The notes under the pieces: model-generated
Database searches by the model: none
Seen by the model: only the letters and a program-made list of their open reading frames with translations
What the model was told of the DNA's origin: nothing
NCBI GenBank assembly: GCA_963819655.1
Contig: CAWFXA010000002.1
Span: forward strand, 640,001 to 704,000
DNA: 64,000 bases
Origin: an uncultured Chloroflexia bacterium
GTDB lineage: Bacteria > Chloroflexota > Limnocylindria > Limnocylindrales > CSP1-4
Direction of reading: 5' to 3'
Shown: piece by piece, positions 38,541-50,332 of the stretch
Numbering within the stretch: the first letter of the stretch is position 1
Layout: every line of letters begins with the position of its first letter
Position numbers and translations under genes: made by a program

Positions 38541-39557
38541 ATGAACGACACCCGTGTGCTCCATCCGGTAGACGACCCCCTGGACGGCCGGACGGCCAGT
38601 GAGGCCGTCCTTTTCGAGATCAGACGAGTCATCGTCGGCCAGGATGCGATGCTCGAGCGCGTCCTGATCGCGCTCCTCGCCGGCGGCCACCTCCTGCTGG
38701 AGGGCGTGCCCGGCCTCGCCAAGACGCTGACCGTCAAGACGCTGGCCGACGTCCTTGATGCGAGCTTCCAGCGCATCCAGTTCACGCCCGACCTCGTGCC
38801 GGCCGACCTCATCGGCACGCGCATCTTCCGACCCGACCGAAGCTCGTTCGAGACCGAACGCGGACCGGTCTTCTGCAACTTCCTGCTCGCGGACGAGATC
38901 AATCGGGCACCCGCCAAGGTCCAGTCGGCGCTGCTCGAGGTCATGCAGGAGCGGCAGGTCACGATCGGCCCGGAGACCTTCCCCGTGCCCCGGCCGTTCC
39001 TCGTGATGGCCACCCAGAACCCGATCGAATCCGAGGGCACCTACCCGCTGCCCGAGGCGCAGGTCGACCGATTCATGATGAAGGTGCGGGTCGATTACCC
39101 GACGCCCGGCGAGGAGGCCGTGGTCGTGGAGCGCTCGCTCCGCGCCGCCGCCGAGCTCGTGCCGATCCTGACCGCCGAGATGCTGGCACGACTGCAGGCG
39201 CTGACCGCCGACGTCTACGTCGACCGAGCGGTGATCGACTATGCGGTCGCCCTGGCCGGCGCGACCCGCGCCCCCTCCTTGGTCGGGCTGCCGAACGTGG
39301 CCCCCTTCATCGCCTACGGTGCCAGCCCGCGCGGGTCGATCTACCTCATCCATGCGGCCCGGGCTCTAGCGGTCGTGCGCGGGCGTCGCTACGTCCTGCC
39401 GTCCGACGTGACGGAGCTCGCGCCGGACGTCCTGCGCCATCGCATCGTGCCGAGCTTCACCGCGCTGGCAGAGGAGGTCTCGGCCGACATGATCCTCGAC
39501 CGCATCCTGCCGGCCGTCCCAATGCCCGACCTGGTCGCGACGGAGGAGACGGCATGA
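38541..39557 (+). CDS. MoxR-family AAA+ ATPase
   Basis: EGVPGLAKT, RIQFTPDL, DEINRA, TQNPIE, LPEAQVDRF, GASPR. Confidence 0.94.
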   Translation: MNDTRVLHPVDDPLDGRTASEAVLFEIRRVIVGQDAMLERVLIALLAGGHLLLEGVPGLAKTLTVKTLADVLDASFQRIQFTPDLVPADLIGTRIFRPDRSSFETERGPVFCNFLLADEINRAPAKVQSALLEVMQERQVTIGPETFPVPRPFLVMATQNPIESEGTYPLPEAQVDRFMMKVRVDYPTPGEEAVVVERSLRAAAELVPILTAEMLARLQALTADVYVDRAVIDYAVALAGATRAPSLVGLPNVAPFIAYGASPRGSIYLIHAARALAVVRGRRYVLPSDVTELAPDVLRHRIVPSFTALAEEVSADMILDRILPAVPMPDLVATEETA

Positions 39558-40474
39558 CGGCCGTGCGACCCGCCGCGCAACCGGGCCCCGGCCCCACCCC
39601 CGTCGCCATGCTGCGAGCGCTCGACCTGACGATCGGTCGACGCATCCGCGGCCTGCTGCCGGGTGATTTCCGGGCCCACGACCTCGGTGGAGGTCTCGAG
39701 CTGGCCCAGGTCCGGCCCTACCAGCCCGGAGACGATGTCCGCCGCATCGACTGGAACGCGACTGCGCGGACGACGATCCCGCATGTCCGCGTCCACGTCC
39801 CGGAGCGGGCGCTCACGAGCTGGCTGGTCCTCGACGTCTCGGCGTCCATGGCGTTCGGCACGGCGCTCCGGCGCAAGGCCGACGTGGCAGAAGGGGTCGC
39901 GATCGCGGCCGCGCATCTCGCCACGCAACGCGGGAACCGCCTCGGGATCGTGACGTTCGGCGGACCGGTCGACCGGCGCCTGGCCCCGACCGGCGGCCGC
40001 GACGGCGTCCTCTCGGCCCTCCTCCTCGCCCGCCAGGACATCGACCTGGACGTGCCCGCAGGCGCCGTTCAGTCGCCGGCGGCAGCGCTGCGCTTGGTCG
40101 CGGCTGCCGCCAGGCGCGGCGGACTCGTGGTCATCGTGTCCGACTTCCGCGGTCCCCGCGATTGGCTGCGCCCGCTGGCGGCGGTCGCGGCACGGCATCA
40201 GCTCCTGGCGATCGAGATCGCCGACCCGCGTGAGGGCGATCTGCCGGATGTCGGCGACCTGACGCTGATCGACGCAGAGACCGGCCGCGAGGTGCGGGTC
40301 GACACGTCGTCGGCGCTCCTCCGCGAGCGGTTCGCCGCCGCGGCCGCCGATGAACGTCGGTCGCTCGCGCGCGAGCTCCGGCGACTGGGTGTCGGCCACG
40401 TCACCCTGTCCACCGCGACGAGCTGGCTGGACAGCCTCGCGGGGCAGTTGCGCATCCTGGGGCGGGCGTCATGA
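39554..40474 (+). CDS. DUF58 protein
   Basis: RPYQPGDDVRRIDWN, DVSASM, VSDF; ATGA overlap. Confidence 0.9.
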   Translation: MTAVRPAAQPGPGPTPVAMLRALDLTIGRRIRGLLPGDFRAHDLGGGLELAQVRPYQPGDDVRRIDWNATARTTIPHVRVHVPERALTSWLVLDVSASMAFGTALRRKADVAEGVAIAAAHLATQRGNRLGIVTFGGPVDRRLAPTGGRDGVLSALLLARQDIDLDVPAGAVQSPAAALRLVAAAARRGGLVVIVSDFRGPRDWLRPLAAVAARHQLLAIEIADPREGDLPDVGDLTLIDAETGREVRVDTSSALLRERFAAAAADERRSLARELRRLGVGHVTLSTATSWLDSLAGQLRILGRAS

Positions 40475-41532
40475 GCTTCGCGTCGCCCGTGCTGCTCCTC
40501 GCCCTGCTGCTGGTCCCGCTCGCGATCGCCGGGTATCTCGTCGTCCAGCGGCGGCGAGCGCGGTACGCCGTGCGCTTCACGAACGTCGACCTGCTATCCA
40601 ATCTGGTGCCACGAACCCCGGCCTGGCGCCGCCATGTTCCGCCGGCGCTCTACGTGCTGGCGCTCGCGGCGCTCGTCATCGGGCTCGCCAGGCCGTCGGC
40701 GATGCTGGCGGTCTCGCGTGAGGATGCGACGATCGTCCTGACGATGGACGTCTCGGGCTCGATGCTCGCGACCGATGTCGCCCCATCCCGCCTCGACAGC
40801 GCGAAGCAGGCCGCTTCCGCGTTCATCGACCAGCTGCCGGCCACGTTCCGGGTCGGGCTCGTCACGTTCGGCACGGCGGCCCAAGTGGCCGTCTCCCCGA
40901 CGACCGATCGAGCGGAGGTGCGCTCCGCACTCGATGCTCTTCAGGCGGACGGCGGGACAGCCCTTGGCGACGCGATCGGGCTGTCGCTGGGGATGGCGCA
41001 GGACGTGATCGACGCGGCCGCGAACTCGGCCGCCGACCCGGGTGCGGGCTCGCCCAGCCCCTCGTCGTCGCCGCCGTCGGCCGGCTCGTCGCCCGATCCG
41101 TCGGCGCCGGCCGGTGCGGCCGAGCCGCCGTTGGTCGCGACCGTGCTCCTGTCCGATGGTGCGAACTCGACGGGCCGGCTCGAACCGGCCGAGGCGGCAC
41201 GCGCCGCCGCGGCCGCCGGGATGCCGGTCTACACGATCGCGCTCGGCACCGCGACGGGCGTCGTGACGGTGACCGACGAGTTCGGTGTGCCGCACACGGT
41301 CGAGGTCCCGCCGGACACCGACACGCTCGCCGCGATCGCCGAAACGACCGGTGCGCGCTCGTTCGAGGCGCCAACAGCCGACGATCTCCAGCAGATCTAC
41401 GAGAGCCTCGGTTCACGCGTCGGCGTTCGCTACGAGGCCCAGGAGATCACCCAGTGGTTCGCCGCCGCTGGCCTGATCCTGATGGTCGCCGGCGCCGGTC
41501 TCGCCGCCCACTGGTTCAACCGGTTCCCATGA
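40471..41532 (+). CDS. VWA-domain membrane protein (BatA-like)
   Basis: N-terminal TMs, LARP, DVSGSM MIDAS motif, GTALG, LLSDG, C-terminal TM. Confidence 0.9.
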   Translation: MSFASPVLLLALLLVPLAIAGYLVVQRRRARYAVRFTNVDLLSNLVPRTPAWRRHVPPALYVLALAALVIGLARPSAMLAVSREDATIVLTMDVSGSMLATDVAPSRLDSAKQAASAFIDQLPATFRVGLVTFGTAAQVAVSPTTDRAEVRSALDALQADGGTALGDAIGLSLGMAQDVIDAAANSAADPGAGSPSPSSSPPSAGSSPDPSAPAGAAEPPLVATVLLSDGANSTGRLEPAEAARAAAAAGMPVYTIALGTATGVVTVTDEFGVPHTVEVPPDTDTLAAIAETTGARSFEAPTADDLQQIYESLGSRVGVRYEAQEITQWFAAAGLILMVAGAGLAAHWFNRFP

Positions 41533-41619
41533 CCGACACGCACGCCCGGACCGAGGTTGCGATGGCCTGACCCGTGTTGTGCCCCCAGCCACACGACCTA
41601 CCACTGACAGGAGACGCAC

Positions 41620-42021
41620 ATGCAATGGGATGACCAGCCGACGGGCGGGACGGAGACGCCCCAGCCCGTGGCGAACACTACGACGACCTCTCCGGCGACG
41701 GCTCCGAACCCGTTCCGTCGGACCCTTCTCACCGCCGGGATGGCGGCAGCACTGCTCGTCGCCGGCGGTGCCGCGGTCGTTGCGGCCGCCAGCCCGGATC
41801 CGTCGACCAGCCCGGCGCCGGGAGCGAGCGGGCAGCCCTCGACCGATGGGTCGACGGACTCCTCGCGAGGTGAACGGCTCCGCGACGGCCAGCCGTGCGA
41901 CGAGTCCAGCGGTGGTTCCGGCGGTTCGGGTGGCTCCGGCGGCTCGGATGGCGGCCAGACCCCGGACCCGTCGCCCGACACCCCGGACCCGTCGCCGAGC
42001 ACGCCTGCCCCGGTGACCTAG
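41620..42021 (+). CDS. Hypothetical exported Ser/Gly/Pro-rich protein
   Basis: RBS aggag; one hydrophobic segment after RR; low-complexity tail. Confidence 0.55.
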   Translation: MQWDDQPTGGTETPQPVANTTTTSPATAPNPFRRTLLTAGMAAALLVAGGAAVVAAASPDPSTSPAPGASGQPSTDGSTDSSRGERLRDGQPCDESSGGSGGSGGSGGSDGGQTPDPSPDTPDPSPSTPAPVT

Positions 42022-42067
42022 GCGGAGCCCCACGACTCGAGCGGCCGGCATCCCACTGGCCGCTCGA

Positions 42068-42976
42068 TCATGCCGTCCAGCCTGGAGGGACGTTGTCGAT
42101 CTCCTGGAGGACGTCCAGGAAGCCCGCAACCGGGCCCGATGGCGGCCCGATGTCGCGTCGCCTGATCGCCACGATCCGACGACGGATCGGCGCCGCTCCC
42201 TCGATGTCGATCGCGCGGAGCCGACCGTTCGCCAGCTCGACGGCGACCGACGTGTGGGGCAGCAGCGCGACGCCGAGGCCCTGGCCGACCATCTGTTTCG
42301 CCGAGTCGATGTTGTCGAGCTCCATGACCCCGCCGGGCGCGACGCCTGCCTCCCGGAAGAATGCGTTCGTCAGGTCGTAGTAGCTGGACGTGCGATCGAA
42401 CAGGATGAGCCGGGCGCCCTCCAGCTCGTGGATCCCGACCGTCGTCCGGTCCCCGAACCGGTGGCTGCCTGCTGCCACGAGGACGAGCTCGTCGTCATAG
42501 AGCGGCCGCATCTCGACGTCCGGGTGGCGGAGCTCACGCACCAATCCGAGATCGATCTCGCGGCGCAGCGCCAGATCGAGGATCTCCTCCGAGTGGCCGG
42601 TCCTGACGACCAGCCGAACATTCGGGAACCGTTGCGTGTACCGGACGAGGAGCGACGGCAAGACGTACGTACTGACCGCGGGCGCGGCACCCAGGACGAG
42701 TTCGCCGGTCCCGCCGCGGCGGAGCTCCGAGAGCAGGCTCGCTCCTGCATCGAGCGCGGCCATGGCCCGCTCCGCATACGGGAGGAACGCCCGGCCCGCA
42801 TCGGTCAGATCCATCCCGTGCCGCCCGCGAACGAACAACGCTGTGCCCAGTTCCGACTCGAGCGCCTGGATCCTGGCGGTCAGAGCCGGCTGCGTCACGT
42901 GCAGTGCACCGGCGGCGCGGCTGAGATTGCGATGACGGGCGGTCTCGAGGAACCCCTCGACCTGGCTGAGGAGCAT
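42068..42976 (-). CDS. LysR-family transcriptional regulator
   Basis: SRAAGALHVTQPALTARIQALE..LF.R..LTDAG; divergent from the peptide-ICL operon. Confidence 0.93.
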   Translation of the reverse strand: MLLSQVEGFLETARHRNLSRAAGALHVTQPALTARIQALESELGTALFVRGRHGMDLTDAGRAFLPYAERAMAALDAGASLLSELRRGGTGELVLGAAPAVSTYVLPSLLVRYTQRFPNVRLVVRTGHSEEILDLALRREIDLGLVRELRHPDVEMRPLYDDELVLVAAGSHRFGDRTTVGIHELEGARLILFDRTSSYYDLTNAFFREAGVAPGGVMELDNIDSAKQMVGQGLGVALLPHTSVAVELANGRLRAIDIEGAAPIRRRIVAIRRRDIGPPSGPVAGFLDVLQEIDNVPPGWTA

Positions 42977-42997
42977 GGCTGACTGTCCTACGGGTGA

Positions 42998-43014
42998 TAT
43001 CAACGAGATTGATA
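42998..43014. promoter_or_regulatory. LysR box (T-N11-A inside the TATCAA-N5-TTGATA palindrome)
   Basis: AT-rich inverted repeat 22 bp upstream of the LysR start in the divergent intergenic region. Confidence 0.7.
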
Positions 43015-43110
43015 GGAAACATAACATCATTCGATTGGACTGATGGGTCAGCATCGACTAGCCTTGGCCACCTCGCTGGCCTTCCCAGCGGGCGCACCGA
43101 GGAGACCGTC

Positions 43111-43365
43111 ATGGGCCCGAACGCGATACCCACCCGCATCACGATCGACTTCCGGGACACGGCTATGCCATCGCGGACGTGGATCCTCGGCGTCGACGAG
43201 GGCGGGCCGGACCGCCTCGAGCTCATCGCCTTCGAAGGTCGTGACGTGGCGCGGCCGCCTGCCGGACGCCCGAGCGGATCGCTCCGATCAGCGGGGCCTG
43301 CGGCCGCCCTCCTCGCGGAGTGCGCCTGCCCGGACTTCTGCGAACGCGACCACGCGAACGAGTAG
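43111..43365 (+). CDS. Small protein ending in a CxCPxxCxxDH motif
   Basis: RBS gaggag; 84 aa; C-terminus [15 protein letters not shown]; ends 25 nt before ICL. Confidence 0.65.
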   Translation: MGPNAIPTRITIDFRDTAMPSRTWILGVDEGGPDRLELIAFEGRDVARPPAGRPSGSLRSAGPAAALLAECACPDFCERDHANE

Positions 43366-43390
43366 TCGAGCGCCAGCCGTCAACCGCCAG

Positions 43391-45697
43391 ATGCCTCCGC
43401 GCTCCGATCCGGCCACCGACGCTCGCGTCGCCGATCTGCGGGACTGGTTCGCCTCGCCACGGTTCGCCGGGATCGTCCGACTCCATACGCCTGGCGAAGT
43501 CGCCGAGCAGCAGGGGACGATCCCGCACGACTACACGATCGCTCGCGAGGCGGCCGAGGCGTTCTATGCACGTCTCCGCGACCTGTTCGAGGCGGGACGG
43601 CAGATCACGACCTTCGGGCCGTACTCACCCGGACAGGCCGTGGTGATGAAGCGGCTGGGCATCGAGGGCATCTATCTCGGCGGCTGGGCGACGTCGGCCA
43701 AGGGCTCGGCGACGGAGGACCCCGGGCCCGATCTCGCGAGCTACCCGCTGAGCCAGGTGCCGGACGAAGCCGCGGGACTCGTCCGCGCCCTGCTCGCGGC
43801 CGACCGCAACCAGCACTTCCACCGCACGCGGATGACCGATGACCAGAGGGCCGCGACCCCGATGGTCGACTTCCGGCCGTTCATCATCGCCGACGCCGAC
43901 ACCGGGCATGGCGGCGACGGGCATGTCCGCAACCTCATCCGCCGGTTCGTCGAGGCGGGCGTGCCCGGCTATCACATCGAGGACCAGAAACCGGGTGCCA
44001 AGAAGTGTGGGCATCAGGCCGGCAAAGTCCTGGTCTCGTCTGAGGAGCAGATCAAACGGCTGAATGCCGCCCGACTGCAGCTCGACATCATGGGCGTGCC
44101 CGGGATCATCGTGGCGCGGACGGACGCGGAGGCCGCGACGTTCCTCGAGGGTCGGACCGACGAACGCGACCAGCCGTTCATCCTTGGCGCGACCAATCTC
44201 GCGGTCCCGAGCTATCGCGCCGGACTGGTCGCGATCCTCGGGACGCTCGCCAGTCTCGGGCTCGAGGACGTTCGCGGCCATCTGCTGTTCGCGATCCCCG
44301 ATGGGGAGCTCACGGTCGCGACGGACTGGCTCGACCGGACCGGTCTGCTCGATCGCGCCCGACGGCTCGGCGAGGCTGCCGTCGGAGGCGATCGCGATGG
44401 GGTCCACACCACGTTGGACGCGCTCGATGACGAATACGCCGCGACATGGCAGGCCCACGCCGTCCTGCGGACCTACAGCGAGGCCGTGGCCGACATCCTG
44501 GCGACCCGGATCGCTGACGGCGAAACGTTCACGACGAGCGTCGATGCGTGGCGGACTTTCGCCCGATCGGCGTCCTTCAGCGAGATCCGCGTCGCGGCCG
44601 ACGGGCTCGGTCTTCGGGTCGCCTGGGATCCGGAACTGCCCAAGACGCCCGACGGCTATTACCAGGTCCAGGGCGGTATCGAGTACGCGATCGCCAAGTC
44701 GCTGGCGGTCGCGCCGTTCGCCGACCTGCTCTGGATGGAGACCAAGACCGCCGATCTCGAGGACGCGCGCCGATTCGCCGACGCCATCCACGCGGTGTAC
44801 CCGGACAAGATGCTGGCCTACAACCTGTCGCCGTCGTTCAACTGGGACACGACCGGGATGGGCGACGACGAGATGCGTCGCTTCCCGGAGGAGCTCGGCA
44901 AGCTCGGCTACGTCTTCGACTTCATCACCTACGGGGGCCACCAGATCGACGGGCTCGCGGCCGAGGAGTTCGCGCGAGCGCTCAATGAGGACGGGATGCT
45001 CGCGCTCGCGCGGCTGCAACGCCGGTTCCGCCTGCTTGAATCGCCATACCGGACACCGCAGTCGCTCGTCGGCGGCGACCGTCTGGATGCGGCGCTCATG
45101 GCCTCGTCCGGTCGGACGGCGGCGACCAAGGCCATGGGCAAGGCCTCGACCCAGCACCAGCATCTCGTCCAGACCGAGGTGCCGACCTCGCTGCTCGAGT
45201 CGTGGCTGGCGGTGTGGCAGGACCATTGGGACCACGACGGAGAGCTGCGGGTCGAGCTGCGGCCCCACGTCGCGGGCTCGGACCTCCTGGAGATCCGGGT
45301 CGCCGACGCGGAGGGGGCGTCCATGGCGGACGTCGTGTTCACGAGCATCGTCGATCGCCGCGGCCGGACGATCCTGTCGGTCCGCGATCAGAACACGGAC
45401 GCGACGGTCCGCCGCCGTCGCCTGATGACGCTTATCCAGCTGTTCCTCGTGCACCGCTACGGGGCCTCGTCGATCCACTACCTCACCCCGACCGACGACA
45501 ACGCCGCGCAGACGGAGCGAATGCGCGAACTCGGGTTGTTCTCGACCGTCCAGACCGAGATCGGGCAGATCATCGTCGGACAGGTCGATCGCGCGCGGGT
45601 CGCAGAGCTCGTGGCGCCGGACAGCGAAGCGTTGGGCGACCTCATCCGCACGGCCACCGGCGCGCACCGGGGCGCACCGGTCCGCGTGGGCGGCTAG
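43391..45697 (+). CDS. aceA: Isocitrate lyase, long ICL2-type with C-terminal acyl-CoA-sensing domain
   Basis: 768 aa; [30 protein letters not shown]; C-terminus [24 protein letters not shown] resembles mycobacterial ICL2. Confidence 0.9.
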   Translation: MPPRSDPATDARVADLRDWFASPRFAGIVRLHTPGEVAEQQGTIPHDYTIAREAAEAFYARLRDLFEAGRQITTFGPYSPGQAVVMKRLGIEGIYLGGWATSAKGSATEDPGPDLASYPLSQVPDEAAGLVRALLAADRNQHFHRTRMTDDQRAATPMVDFRPFIIADADTGHGGDGHVRNLIRRFVEAGVPGYHIEDQKPGAKKCGHQAGKVLVSSEEQIKRLNAARLQLDIMGVPGIIVARTDAEAATFLEGRTDERDQPFILGATNLAVPSYRAGLVAILGTLASLGLEDVRGHLLFAIPDGELTVATDWLDRTGLLDRARRLGEAAVGGDRDGVHTTLDALDDEYAATWQAHAVLRTYSEAVADILATRIADGETFTTSVDAWRTFARSASFSEIRVAADGLGLRVAWDPELPKTPDGYYQVQGGIEYAIAKSLAVAPFADLLWMETKTADLEDARRFADAIHAVYPDKMLAYNLSPSFNWDTTGMGDDEMRRFPEELGKLGYVFDFITYGGHQIDGLAAEEFARALNEDGMLALARLQRRFRLLESPYRTPQSLVGGDRLDAALMASSGRTAATKAMGKASTQHQHLVQTEVPTSLLESWLAVWQDHWDHDGELRVELRPHVAGSDLLEIRVADAEGASMADVVFTSIVDRRGRTILSVRDQNTDATVRRRRLMTLIQLFLVHRYGASSIHYLTPTDDNAAQTERMRELGLFSTVQTEIGQIIVGQVDRARVAELVAPDSEALGDLIRTATGAHRGAPVRVGG

Positions 45698-46519
45698 CTA
45701 GCCGGACCGCACACCCGAGGCGTACACGATGGCTGCCCGGAAATGGAGCTCGTCGGGATCAAGTGCCATCAGGCGCTCGCGGAACCGCATCAGGAACCGA
45801 CGCCGGTCGGCGCGGCCCATCTCCTCGAACAGCGTCTCCTCGTCGTACTCGGTCAGGAACGCGATGTAGCCGTCAACCGTGAATGCGTGGTCGAGCAGCG
45901 CGCGCGATGCATCGACATCACCGAAACCGGCACGCCGCAGTTCCGCCACCGCACGGTCGACCGACGGGATGTCGCCGCTCCTCGGCCGGTCCTCCTCGTC
46001 CTCGTAGCCGAACTCGGTGAGCAGCGCATCGAAGATCCGGTCCGGCGCGAACGCCCGCTCGTCGACGAGCCACGTGACGTATTCGAGGCGACCGCCCGGC
46101 CGCAACACCCGCCGGATCTCGCGCAGCGCCTTCGGTCGGCTTGCGACGAGCTGGAGCACGAACGATGACATCGCCAGGTCGAACGTGGCGTCGGCGAACG
46201 GCATGTCGGCCGCGGCTGCCACTGTGCCCGTGAAGCGTGCGCGCAGCCCGTCACCGGCCTCGGCGACGAGCGCCTCCGTCGTCGCGACCATCTCCCGTGA
46301 CGCGTCGACACCCGTCACGCGGACCGTCGGCCAGCGGGCGAGTGCCGGCCGGCTCAGGTTGCCGGTGCCGACACCGACATCGAGCAGCTCGGTCGCTCCG
46401 GCGTCGACGGCGGGAGCGACCCGGTCGAGCAGCGCGACGGCGCTCGGGGCCAGCACCGGCGCCCACCAGCGTTCGTAGCCAGCGGCGATCCGGTCGTACT
46501 TCTCAGCCTGTTCCGACAC
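45698..46519 (-). CDS. Class I SAM-dependent methyltransferase
   Basis: LLDVGVGTG, MPFADATFD, RVLRPGG. Confidence 0.88.
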   Translation of the reverse strand: MSEQAEKYDRIAAGYERWWAPVLAPSAVALLDRVAPAVDAGATELLDVGVGTGNLSRPALARWPTVRVTGVDASREMVATTEALVAEAGDGLRARFTGTVAAAADMPFADATFDLAMSSFVLQLVASRPKALREIRRVLRPGGRLEYVTWLVDERAFAPDRIFDALLTEFGYEDEEDRPRSGDIPSVDRAVAELRRAGFGDVDASRALLDHAFTVDGYIAFLTEYDEETLFEEMGRADRRRFLMRFRERLMALDPDELHFRAAIVYASGVRSG

Positions 46520-46563
46520 CGCCTCATCGTGCCATGCCCGCGAGGGCGGGTCAGGCCGACGGG

Positions 46564-47505
46564 TCAGCCGGGCGCCGCGACGTCTCCCCGACGCCGCCCG
46601 ATCCCGATCAGACCGAGGCGGCGCAGGATGGCGATCACGATGACGGCGAGGACGCCGATGACGACGATCAGCGGCAGCCAGACGATGGCGAACCAGATCC
46701 CCGCGGTCGTGAGCGCCTGAAGGATGTCGACCAGGCTCGCCGTGGCCTCGTCCACGACGGCAGCCGGCTCCCAGCCCTCGGCCGCGACCTGCACGGCCAC
46801 GACCGGCGTGCTGAAGCCCGCGGTCAATGTCGCATAGGACGCCTGATCCTCGAGCGCGGTCAGTTGGGCCGTGAGTTGCTCGATCTGGCCGCGCACCGCG
46901 GTCAGCTGGGCCTGGACCTCGAGCACGTCGGTGACCCGTGCTGCCTTCGCCGAGATGTCCTGGAGTGCCACCTCGCTCGCCCGCAGGTTCTTGATCCGTG
47001 CCTCGAGATCCACGACGGCGCCGGTGACCTCGACCGCGTTGGTCCTTTCGTTCATGACCTTCGTCGATGGGCCGGCGATGCCCCGGAGCAGATCGAGCGC
47101 CTCCTCCCAGCGGTCGACCGGCACGCGATAGGTGATCGTCGCGACCGGGCGGTCATCGACGTTCTCGGTCTGCGAGGCGCCGATATAGCCACCCATGCGG
47201 CGGATGCCGTCACGGGCCGCAAGGAGCGCAGCCGGGACGTCGGTGACCTGCAGCTCGATCGTGCCGGTGCGCACGATCTTGGCTTCGTCCACGAGGTTGC
47301 CGACCTCGTCGGGAGCCGACGCCGCGCTCGGGGCGGCGCTGGCTGCGGGTGCGGCCTGGCCGCCGCCGAACTCGTCTGGTGGCGAGACCGCATTCCCGAC
47401 CGTGGACAGCGTCGCGCCGCCGCCGGCGCCGGCACAGCCGGCGATCGCAACGAGCGCGACGAGGAACAGGACCGTTCGGGTGATCGATGATCGGTTCGGA
47501 CGCAT
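46564..47505 (-). CDS. DUF4349 lipoprotein / membrane protein
   Basis: Lipobox IAGC; KIVRTGTIEL, VDLEARIKNL, VRGQIEQL; C-terminal TM. Confidence 0.85.
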   Translation of the reverse strand: MRPNRSSITRTVLFLVALVAIAGCAGAGGGATLSTVGNAVSPPDEFGGGQAAPAASAAPSAASAPDEVGNLVDEAKIVRTGTIELQVTDVPAALLAARDGIRRMGGYIGASQTENVDDRPVATITYRVPVDRWEEALDLLRGIAGPSTKVMNERTNAVEVTGAVVDLEARIKNLRASEVALQDISAKAARVTDVLEVQAQLTAVRGQIEQLTAQLTALEDQASYATLTAGFSTPVVAVQVAAEGWEPAAVVDEATASLVDILQALTTAGIWFAIVWLPLIVVIGVLAVIVIAILRRLGLIGIGRRRGDVAAPG

Positions 47506-47565
47506 CGCGCGACCTCCTGATGCCCGGCGGCCGAGTGGTCGCGCGCGGCACCGTGCGGACGCCCG

Positions 47566-49215
47566 ATGTCGACCAGCGGTTCCGCCACCGCACGTCAGGG
47601 GATCGCCCCACCCCGCCACATCGGGGCGCCAACGGGCGTCCAACCGCCGAGCGCCAGGATCCCGTCGTGCAGCCCGACGCCCGGCTCCAACCCCGAGGTG
47701 TGGCCCATGGATCGTCGCGACGCCCGTTCCCTCGCTCGAGGCCTCCTTCTCATGGCACTCGGGATCGGTGTGCTCGGTGACATCGCGCTCGATGGGCCGG
47801 CACCCGGACTCAACGTGCCCTTGATGACGGGTGTCGTCCTGGGCCTCGCATGGATCGTCCGTCGACCGGGCCGCGCGCCGGATCCGCTCGATGCCTGGCT
47901 GCCGATCACGGCGATGGTGCTCGCCACGTTCGTGGCGATCCGTGCCGACCCCTTCGTCGCGTTGCTGGACCTGGTCGGGGTCGCGGCATTCACCGGCGCG
48001 TCGGTCGTCGCGTTCTCCGGTCTGGCGGTCACCCGGCGATCCCTGAGCGCGATCGTCGCGATCGGCGTGTGGGTCGTCGAGTCGACGCTGGCGGGCACCG
48101 CCCGCTTGCTGCGAACGGCGCGCCCGCGGCCGGGTGAGAGCCTGCCGAAAGGGCCTGCCTGGACGGGTTCGGTGCTCCGCGGGCTGGTCCTGGCCGTTCC
48201 GCTCGTGATGATCTTCGCGGCCCTTTTCGCTTCCGCGGATCCGATCTTCCGGCGCGGCATGGACGATCTGCTCGGCTTCCGCATCGATCTGGGTGATCTG
48301 CCCGGTCGGCTGATCTTCGTGGCATCGGTCGCATGGCTGGCCGGCGGCCTGCTGGCCATCTCGACGCGCGGGATCCCGGCGATGGAGGGCGCGTCGCTCG
48401 GTGCGGCGTCACGATCTGCAACGGTCGGCATCGCCAGGTCCCTGGGGACCACTGAAGCGCTGGTCGTCCTCGTCGCGGTCGACCTGATCGTCGGCCTGTT
48501 CGTGGTGCTGCAGCTGGCCTACCTGTTCGGCGGCCTCGACACGCTGGCGGCCGCGGGGATGTCGTACAGCTCGTACGCCAGGCGGGGCTATTTCGAACTC
48601 GTCGCGGCCGCGGCGCTCGCCGGCGGGATCCTGGTCGTCCTCGAATACCAGGTGCTCGCGCGGACGCGCGCCTACCTGGCATTGGCGGTCGGGTTGGTCG
48701 GGCTGACGCTCGTCGTGCTGGCGTCGGCGGTGATGCGCCTGCAGCTCTATCAGGATGCGTACGGATGGACCGAGCTGCGCCTGTACGTCGCGGTCTCGAT
48801 CGCCGCGATGGCGCTGACGCTCGGGACCATGGCCGCCTTCCTTGCGACCGACCGAACCCGCTGGCTCGGCCACGCGATGGCGGTCATCGGCGTCGTCGCG
48901 CTCGTCGGCCTGAACGTCCTCGCGCCCGCCGCGTTCGTGGCCGAGCGCAACCTCGAGAGGGTCATCGACCCGAGCCTGGTCCCGCCGGACGGCGAGGTCG
49001 CGCTCGATGCCGACTACCTGGGCGTCCTCCCGGACGACGCGATCCCGGCCCTCGTCGCCGCCCTGCCACGCCTCCCGGAGGTCGAGGCCGACAGGATCCG
49101 GCGCCTGCTCGTCGAGCGGCGGACCGAGCTGGATGCGCTCCCGGCGTACGACGGGCCGTTCGCCTGGAACCTCGGTCGTGAACGCGCGCGTGACGCGCTC
49201 GAGACGGTCCGCTGA
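47566..49215 (+). CDS. DUF4153/DUF4173 polytopic membrane protein
   Basis: LFASADPIF, YARRGYFEL, RLQLYQDAYGWTELRL, WNLGR motifs; start uncertain. Confidence 0.8.
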   Translation: MSTSGSATARQGIAPPRHIGAPTGVQPPSARIPSCSPTPGSNPEVWPMDRRDARSLARGLLLMALGIGVLGDIALDGPAPGLNVPLMTGVVLGLAWIVRRPGRAPDPLDAWLPITAMVLATFVAIRADPFVALLDLVGVAAFTGASVVAFSGLAVTRRSLSAIVAIGVWVVESTLAGTARLLRTARPRPGESLPKGPAWTGSVLRGLVLAVPLVMIFAALFASADPIFRRGMDDLLGFRIDLGDLPGRLIFVASVAWLAGGLLAISTRGIPAMEGASLGAASRSATVGIARSLGTTEALVVLVAVDLIVGLFVVLQLAYLFGGLDTLAAAGMSYSSYARRGYFELVAAAALAGGILVVLEYQVLARTRAYLALAVGLVGLTLVVLASAVMRLQLYQDAYGWTELRLYVAVSIAAMALTLGTMAAFLATDRTRWLGHAMAVIGVVALVGLNVLAPAAFVAERNLERVIDPSLVPPDGEVALDADYLGVLPDDAIPALVAALPRLPEVEADRIRRLLVERRTELDALPAYDGPFAWNLGRERARDALETVR

Positions 49216-49237
49216 CCGGCTGACCTACACTCCGGGC

Positions 49238-50331
<1,094 letters not shown>

Positions 50332-50332
<1 letters not shown>

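Noticed and set aside
43625-45667. Long antisense or shadow ORFs (also 9154..10782 -, 22548..24293 -, 4043..5272 +, 58010..59485 -)
   Set aside because: They mirror recognisable genes on the other strand; stop codons are scarce in high-GC coding DNA and these ORFs show no family motifs.
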